From positions 154 to 64,153 of the forward strand of contig JBBRXX010000027.1 of NCBI GenBank assembly GCA_038238245.1: 64,000 bases of DNA, given 5' to 3'. The stretch's first letter is position 1. Each line of letters begins with the position of its first letter. The position numbers and the translations under genes are program-made. The notes under the pieces were generated by a model. It saw nothing but the letters and a program-made list of their open reading frames with translations. It searched no databases and was not told the DNA's origin. Origin of the DNA: Acidimicrobiia bacterium. GTDB taxonomy: Bacteria; Actinomycetota; Acidimicrobiia; IMCC26256; PALSA-610. Shown here piece after piece: positions 58,619-64,000 of this stretch.

Positions 58619-58865
58619 TCGCAGGCTCCCTCGTGTCATCGCCGGTACCGCTGACGTCGAATCGACCGTCGCTCGACGAGAGTGCGACTGCGTGCATGGC
58701 GAACCGCAGCACGAGCGATCCCGACCAGCAAGGGTGCCCACCCACTCCGTGCTGCGCAGCGATGAACACGGTGCGCTGGTCGGACCCACACGCGCGGGTC
58801 GACCGGTGCCGCAGTGGACGCGTCCCGGCGTCACCGGGTCGGCGTAGGAGGCGTCGTCCTGGTCA

Positions 58866-59522
58866 TCACTCGTCTGCGTTCCTGGTTCGGAGCAGTACAA
58901 CGGCGACCGCGACGACCCACGCGAGATACAGAACTGGCGCGAGAATCGTGAAGACCCCGGTCTGCGAGAACGCACCCGATCGCGCCCACGACACCGTCGC
59001 GCCGAAGTGAGCAGCCGCGAATACTCCGGCGCCTCCCGCGAGCCAGCGGGGAAGCCGGGGGCTCAGCGCGATCGCAATCGCGGCGGCGACGCCGAGGATG
59101 ATCGTCAGGAGATTGGATGCGCCGAGCAGCACCACGAACAGATCCCAGAGTGTTCTCGCGGTGTCGGGCGTGTGCGAATCGGCTCGGAATGCCAACGCGG
59201 TGGCGCACGCCTGCCCAGCGATGCCGAGCGTGAGCACGGCGACAGCAGACGCGCACATCGCGGAGGACCACACGTCCCGTTCGGGTTGCTGCGGTACGGC
59301 GAGAAGGCGTCGCAATCCTGCGAAGAACAGGAGCATGAGACAAGTAGCTATTCCGTCCAGGAAGAAGAAGACGAGTACGAAGGTTCGATGATCGACCGCG
59401 TAAGCCAATACCGCTCGACCCGAGTCATCGATCGCGGGCGGTGTGCCACCGAAGAATGCGGTCGAGAGAAGTACGGCAGACACAATGCCGCTCATGCCGG
59501 TCAGGCGTCGTAAGCCGCGCAT
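58866..59522 (-). CDS. DUF4386-like membrane protein
   Basis: About 6 TMs; LPRWL motif; RBS aaggag. Confidence 0.7.
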   Translation of the reverse strand: MRGLRRLTGMSGIVSAVLLSTAFFGGTPPAIDDSGRAVLAYAVDHRTFVLVFFFLDGIATCLMLLFFAGLRRLLAVPQQPERDVWSSAMCASAVAVLTLGIAGQACATALAFRADSHTPDTARTLWDLFVVLLGASNLLTIILGVAAAIAIALSPRLPRWLAGGAGVFAAAHFGATVSWARSGAFSQTGVFTILAPVLYLAWVVAVAVVLLRTRNADE

Positions 59523-59574
59523 GCGCTTCCCCGTCTCCTTGCTCTCGCCGCCGCGGAACCCCGAAGGACCGAGC

Positions 59575-59707
59575 GCATGATGCCCGATCGGGAGCGATTA
59601 TGCGACGGCTTCGACCGGTCTTTACGCCGCCGGCTGCCACGCCTGCAACCGCCGGTGACCATCGGCGTCTTCGGCCCGCCCACCTCGGCACCCCCAGCGG
59701 CTATGGC
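59575..59707 (-). repeat. Hairpin site plus peptide-tail repeat, copy B
   Basis: About 87% identical to 60843-60941 over about 100 bp (hand alignment). Confidence 0.88.
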
Positions 59708-59739
59708 ACGGACAACCCACTTCGTGAACACTACGAACC

Positions 59740-60024
59740 GTGGCGCGTGTGGACTCGGCAGACGACACGCTCCGGCGTTTCGTCGTCCACCTCCAGACCT
59801 ACGACCCAGAGCGGCGCGAACGTCGCCCCGTCGAGGTGGCGTGCTTCGACAATGAAGCCGAAGCGATGCGATGTTTCGGCGAGTCGCACATCGCCGTGAT
59901 GTCACGCCGCGCGAGTGGAGAGTCGGACCCACGCGATCACGTCACGATGGTCGTCAAGCAACCTGGCATTGACGAACGCAATCGCCAACGCCGAATCGAA
60001 GAACGGCTACGCAGGTATCCCTAA
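59740..60024 (+). CDS. Hypothetical protein
   Basis: 94-aa ORF with protein-like composition. Confidence 0.6.
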   Translation: MARVDSADDTLRRFVVHLQTYDPERRERRPVEVACFDNEAEAMRCFGESHIAVMSRRASGESDPRDHVTMVVKQPGIDERNRQRRIEERLRRYP

Positions 60025-60036
60025 TGGCAGCACGGC

Positions 60037-60423
60037 CTATCGCGATCTGTTGTCGAGGTCGGCGACGAGCGTCTTGGGTGCCACATGCCGGTAGGCGTCT
60101 TCGATGATGGCGGCGATTTCATGCCAGTCGGCCTTGTTCGGCACGGCAGTATCGAGGAACACGCCCAGCCAACCGGAGAAGACACCGCTCGCTGAGGTCG
60201 GTGGCGCGAAGAAGCGAACGGGCTCGGCACTCACCAACTCCTCTTGCACGCCGGGAGGAGCCGGACACCACAACGAAATGCGTCCGTCGACGCTGTGATC
60301 GTCGTGGAAGTAACACAGGGGTCGCTTATCACGAACGAAGAAACACGGCTCGCCGTGGCTACTGCGCTCGTTCACCTCAGGAAGCGCGAGAGCAATCCGT
60401 CGCACGCGGTCGAGCGGTCTCAT
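60037..60423 (-). CDS. MmcQ/YjbR family protein
   Basis: IALALPEV..SHGEPCF..GWLGV..DAYRHVAP. Confidence 0.9.
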   Translation of the reverse strand: MRPLDRVRRIALALPEVNERSSHGEPCFFVRDKRPLCYFHDDHSVDGRISLWCPAPPGVQEELVSAEPVRFFAPPTSASGVFSGWLGVFLDTAVPNKADWHEIAAIIEDAYRHVAPKTLVADLDNRSR

Positions 60424-60430
60424 TCGCCCG

Positions 60431-60742
60431 TCAGCCCATCTGCATCGACTCGTAGAGCTTGACGGAACCGCCAGTACTCAGGCCGGGACATCCCTTCGCC
60501 ATCACGACCGCATCGTGAAGGCTGGCCGCCTCGATGACGGTGTAACCCGTCGCGGGGTCGGAACCGCTGCCGGGGCTCGGCGTGCCGTCCGACGTGATCG
60601 TGGCCGACGCGCCGAACGGTGAGCCCATGTCAACAACGGCATCGCCGAGTTGCCCGAACCACGCCATCCAACGGTCCATGACTTCGGGGGAAGGTTCTTC
60701 GGGCGACTCGCCTCCGTGGAACATCAGCACAAACTTCGCCAT
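60431..60742 (-). CDS. YCII-related protein
   Basis: WMAWF, TGYTVIEA, AKGCP. Confidence 0.85.
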   Translation of the reverse strand: MAKFVLMFHGGESPEEPSPEVMDRWMAWFGQLGDAVVDMGSPFGASATITSDGTPSPGSGSDPATGYTVIEAASLHDAVVMAKGCPGLSTGGSVKLYESMQMG

Positions 60743-60834
60743 CTCAGACTCCTAACAAGCCATGCGTGCTCGGCGCGACGATTCGACACCTTCGCACAAT
60801 CCCGCTCGCACGTCTTCTCCCCGTCGCTAGACCC

Positions 60835-61047
60835 GCACAGATTGCCCAATCGGGAGCGGTTATGCGACAGCTTCAACCTGTCTTACGCCGCCGGCTGCCA
60901 CGCCTGCAACCGCCAGTGATTTTCGACGTCCTCGGCCCTCCGACACTCAGCCGGTTCGGTCCGTACGCATTGACCACGGCTGAACACGCCAGTCGCATTC
61001 CTGCGACAACGGCCCGCCGACTTCTGACGCAGATCGGCAGATATGGC
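60835..61047 (-). repeat. Hairpin site plus peptide-tail repeat, copy C
   Basis: Minus strand gccatatctgccgatc...gcataaccgctcccgattgggcaatctgtgc. Confidence 0.88.
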
Positions 61048-61051
61048 GCGG

Positions 61052-61840
61052 TCAGGTCATCGCTGCCGCGAAGTGTGGACGCGACGCTTGCCACCACCCG
61101 CGTCGTCGGTCGAAGCGCGCCATGCCGCCCATCTCTGCCCACATCGCGGTGAAGTTCGGGTCGCCCGCGTCGACTCGACGCTGCACGAACTCGCCACCGT
61201 GAGCGATCGCGTTGTCAAGTGCACGGACGACCTCGGCACGTTCCTCGCGGCTGAGCCCGTAGGTGTCCGCGACCAGGCGTAATCGCGCGGGGAGGTCGTC
61301 GTCGATCCACCCGAACCGTGCGCGGTTCTCGTCGTCGTCGATCGGCACACACATGCGAGCGAAACACGCCAGGTCGTAGACCGGCCGACCCGGTGCCGCG
61401 AAGTCGAAGTCCAACAGGGCGACTGCCTCGCCGTCGCGAAAGACGACGTTCTCCAGGCACACGTCGTTGTGACAGATGACGGGTCCGCCCTCGGGATCGG
61501 CCATCTCGTCGCTCCACGTAGTGCTTGCCGACGGCGCAAAGGTGCGGGCAGCGCGATGGAAGCGGCTCATCAGTCGCGCGATTGACGCCAACGCCGCGTC
61601 GGTTCGAGCCCAATGCGGATATGGCGGCAAGGCAACATCACCGACAATGAACCGCAGCCGCTCCCTGCCGTCCTGATCGACACCAACGGGGATCGGAGCA
61701 CCGCCGAAGCCCTCGTCGGCGAGGTGACGCAGGAGCCGGTGGATCGTTTGCGTATGCGCGTTCGAGGGGCGAAGAACATGCTCGCCCACGCGGGTGACCG
61801 CTCCCGCGTTCGCGACCCCGCCCTTGAGTTCCAACTCCAT
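61052..61840 (-). CDS. Aminoglycoside phosphotransferase-family protein
   Basis: CHNDVCLENVV, LLDFDFA. Confidence 0.9.
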   Translation of the reverse strand: MELELKGGVANAGAVTRVGEHVLRPSNAHTQTIHRLLRHLADEGFGGAPIPVGVDQDGRERLRFIVGDVALPPYPHWARTDAALASIARLMSRFHRAARTFAPSASTTWSDEMADPEGGPVICHNDVCLENVVFRDGEAVALLDFDFAAPGRPVYDLACFARMCVPIDDDENRARFGWIDDDLPARLRLVADTYGLSREERAEVVRALDNAIAHGGEFVQRRVDAGDPNFTAMWAEMGGMARFDRRRGWWQASRPHFAAAMT

Positions 61841-61843
61841 CGA

Positions 61844-61896
61844 GCAAGTATCGCCGATCGACCCGTCATGCCTAGCGCCGATCGGCAGTTATGGGC
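61844..61896 (-). repeat. Hairpin site overlapping the cupin stop codon
   Basis: Minus strand cccaTAActgccgatcg...cgatcggcgatacttgc. Confidence 0.7.
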
Positions 61897-62335
61897 GATC
61901 GGGCGCGCCCATCGTTACCCCCGCGACGACTGCTGTGGAATCACCACGGTTGTGCCACCGGTGAAGGGTTCCGTTCTGAACAACGATGTCCCCTGGCTCA
62001 AGACGAACTTCACCGTCTTCGAGTTCAAGCCCCACAACGCCGGCTAGGACGATGTCGAGATCGATCGTCGGGGTCGCGTGCATGCCTGGTCGAGTCGCAT
62101 CAGCAAACTCGCTCATGCTCTCCACGACGTACCGGTCGAGGTCATCACTGTCGCCGGGCGGCAACTCGAACACGGTGAACTGGCATCCCTCGGCGAACTG
62201 CCCCCAACGATCGTCACGCGCCCACGCCAGGTGGAATACGCCACCAGTACCGAAAGGAATCGAAGGGACTTCGCCGTCGCTCGTGACGACGGACCGTCCG
62301 TCGCGGTCATGCCCAGTGACAACTCGCCGCACCAT
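61889..62335 (-). CDS. Cupin-domain protein
   Basis: RRVVTGHD..G, GMHATPTID, VVQNGTLHRWHN. Confidence 0.9.
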   Translation of the reverse strand: MVRRVVTGHDRDGRSVVTSDGEVPSIPFGTGGVFHLAWARDDRWGQFAEGCQFTVFELPPGDSDDLDRYVVESMSEFADATRPGMHATPTIDLDIVLAGVVGLELEDGEVRLEPGDIVVQNGTLHRWHNRGDSTAVVAGVTMGAPDRP

Positions 62336-62358
62336 GCGTTGCCCTTTCCAAGATGGAG

Positions 62359-62412
62359 GCACAGATTGCCCGATGCGGATCCTCGACGACGAGCCCCGAG
62401 CGGCAGTTATGC
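62359..62412 (-). repeat. 54-bp hairpin site overlapping the lipoprotein stop codon
   Basis: Minus strand gcaTAActgccg...cgggcaatctgtgc with an internal stem. Confidence 0.8.
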
Positions 62413-62997
62413 ACCTGCAGACTGTGGTGTTGAAGTTCTCGCACACGCCGAGCGGGCTAGTGCGAGGACCTTGGCGGTGTGGGCGGGAGCTGTATTCCCC
62501 GAGGCGCCGTACGCCGTCGACCAACTTGTCGAACCGACGACCTTCGTACTCCCGTACCCGATGCCGAGCCAGAACGCGGGCTCGCGCACAGGGACGACGC
62601 GTTGTCTGTCTCGGCCGAATACGACCTGCGACGTGTACGGGCGGCCGAGCCCATCTCGACCCTCAACAACCAGCATCCAGGACCCAGATCCCACGTCCCG
62701 ACTGCACAAGACTCTCGGACGCTTTTCCGCACCAGGAGCGCTGCCGGGCTCCCATTGGACCGCACCCGATATCCCCGAGCAGTGATCTAGGGACATCTCA
62801 CATAGCTGCTTCATGGCGGTGGTGGTTCGTGTCGCGGCAAGGGCGTACAGCACGTTCAGCGCGGTTCGAGCCTCGCTATCGCTGACAGGCCGGACCGTGT
62901 CATGCTTCGCCGAGCAGGAACTGCAGAGCAGCGCAAGGGCAACCGCAGCGCAGCCAACTCGCGCATACGTTCGACCGCACTGGCCCGGCACGCGCAC
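62407..62997 (-). CDS. Hypothetical lipoprotein
   Basis: ALALLCSSC signal/lipobox; start uncertain. Confidence 0.6.
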   Translation of the reverse strand: MRVPGQCGRTYARVGCAAVALALLCSSCSAKHDTVRPVSDSEARTALNVLYALAATRTTTAMKQLCEMSLDHCSGISGAVQWEPGSAPGAEKRPRVLCSRDVGSGSWMLVVEGRDGLGRPYTSQVVFGRDRQRVVPVREPAFWLGIGYGSTKVVGSTSWSTAYGASGNTAPAHTAKVLALARSACARTSTPQSAGA

Positions 62998-63119
62998 AGT
63001 TTGCCCGCTCTGGCGCTCTTAGGCGAGCTGCTACGCGGCCTCAGACCACGGCCGCAGCCGCCAGTGACTTTCGGCGTCCTCGGCCCACCCATGTGAGCAC
63101 GCAGAACGGCAGTTGTGGC
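62994..63119 (-). repeat. Hairpin site plus peptide-tail repeat, copy D
   Basis: Minus strand gccacaactgccg...cgggcaaactgtgc; shares ccgccagtga.tttcg.cgtcctcggccc with copy C. Confidence 0.8.
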
Positions 63120-63161
63120 GCGTCCCGTGCTGGCGCCGACACCGCGAGTCAGAATGACTTT

Positions 63162-63856
63162 GTGAGCGACGAGATCGAAGGTTCGGGCGAGGTCGGGCAG
63201 CTCATCGCGGCGCAGCGCGGCGCAGCGCGCGTACTACGTCCTGCGAGCTCCTGACTACGCCGACGTCACGAAACCGTCGGACCGGAAGCACCGCGGTTTG
63301 CTCGACGCCGGCGCAACCGGCCGCCTTGTTGACACGTTCGCGCCGTCGGGTGACGTCTTGGAGCTCGCGTGCGGATCTGGCGGGTTCACGCGCGAACTCG
63401 TACGTCATGCGCTTTCGCTCACTGCAGTCGATGGTTCACTGCGGATGCTCGAACTCAATCGCAGCATCGTCGGTGACCCGAGGGTCCAATACGTGTGCGC
63501 GGATCTGTCCGAGTGGCAGCCGACGCGGCAGTACGACACGGTGTTCTTTGGCTTCTGGCTCTCGCAGGTCCCGCCCTCGCACTTCGGGGCGTTCTGGTCG
63601 CTGGTCAGAGGGTGTCTGAGGCCTGGTGGACGCGCGGGCTTTGTCGATGAGGACGAGCGCGCCCGCCCGTACGAAGCGGCCCACTCCGATGCCGGAGTGC
63701 CGACGGCCCCTCAGCGACGGCACTGCCTTCGACATCGTCAAGGTTTTCTGGAACCCGGCGGACCTCGAGCAGCGATTGCAGGAGCTCGGCTGGCAGGCCG
63801 ATGTCGAGCCCGTCGGCGAGGCGTTCCTCTATGGCGTGGCACAAACGCCTGGCTGA
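63162..63856 (+). pseudogene. Class I SAM methyltransferase, disrupted
   Basis: AYYVLRAPDY, VLELACGSG, FWLSQVP, LSDGTAFDIVKVFW; 10-bp duplication at 63206-63225 and a second shift near 63710. Confidence 0.8.
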
Positions 63857-63917
63857 GAAGATCCGAAGCCCGCAGCGCCTCGCTCGCGAACAAGGCCGCG
63901 CTCGCGGTCGCGAACCC

Positions 63918-63970
63918 GAGCAGGTTGCCCGTCACCCGTCGAGTCGTATCAGTGCCCGCCGCAGTTGCTC
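63918..63970 (-). repeat. 53-bp hairpin site with covarying outer arms
   Basis: Minus strand GAGCAactgc...gggcaaccTGCTC, same geometry as GCATAactgc...gggcaatcTGTGC. Confidence 0.7.
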
Positions 63971-64000
63971 ATCAAGGTGTGCGAGTGACAGTTGATAGTT

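Noticed and set aside
59575-63970. Canonical integron, CRISPR array or dif/pdif sites
   Set aside because: No intI in the window and no GTTRRRY right arm; repeats are degenerate and separated by whole genes; no 28-bp XerC/XerD layout.

Overview
High-GC bacterial DNA, most likely Actinomycetota (Acidimicrobiia-like; inferred from the gene families, not proven). I recognised no rRNA, tRNA, CRISPR array, integrase or transposase. 0-9 kb: exported proteins (Tat-type protein, family-5 solute-binding lipoprotein, RTX-type Ca-binding protein, PQQ-propeller/beta-helix fusion). 9-16 kb: SigB/SigF-like stress cluster plus a fused ECF sigma/anti-sigma. 15.7-25.8 kb: a block bracketed by a 98-bp direct repeat, holding a large STAND adenylate cyclase with four SnoaL-like domains and a cNMP-domain ABC transporter. 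27-54 kb: GGDEF-EAL, GH63-like hydrolase, many small detox-type genes, a GH/ricin protein, aquaporin, and a PrsW-like/S53 peptidase operon. 54-64 kb: a dense run of small accessory genes and fragments. Most notable: at about 59.5-64 kb the genes are separated by a family of imperfect hairpin sites (minus strand: NNN(T/C)AACTGCC...GGGCAA(T/C)CTGNNN). Two of these overlap gene stop codons, as integron attC sites do, but they lack the canonical GTTRRRY arm. Three carry the same decayed peptide tail. This is a candidate non-canonical gene-cassette array whose recombinase is not in the window. Several genes are frameshifted (read errors or real decay). All alignments were done by eye.
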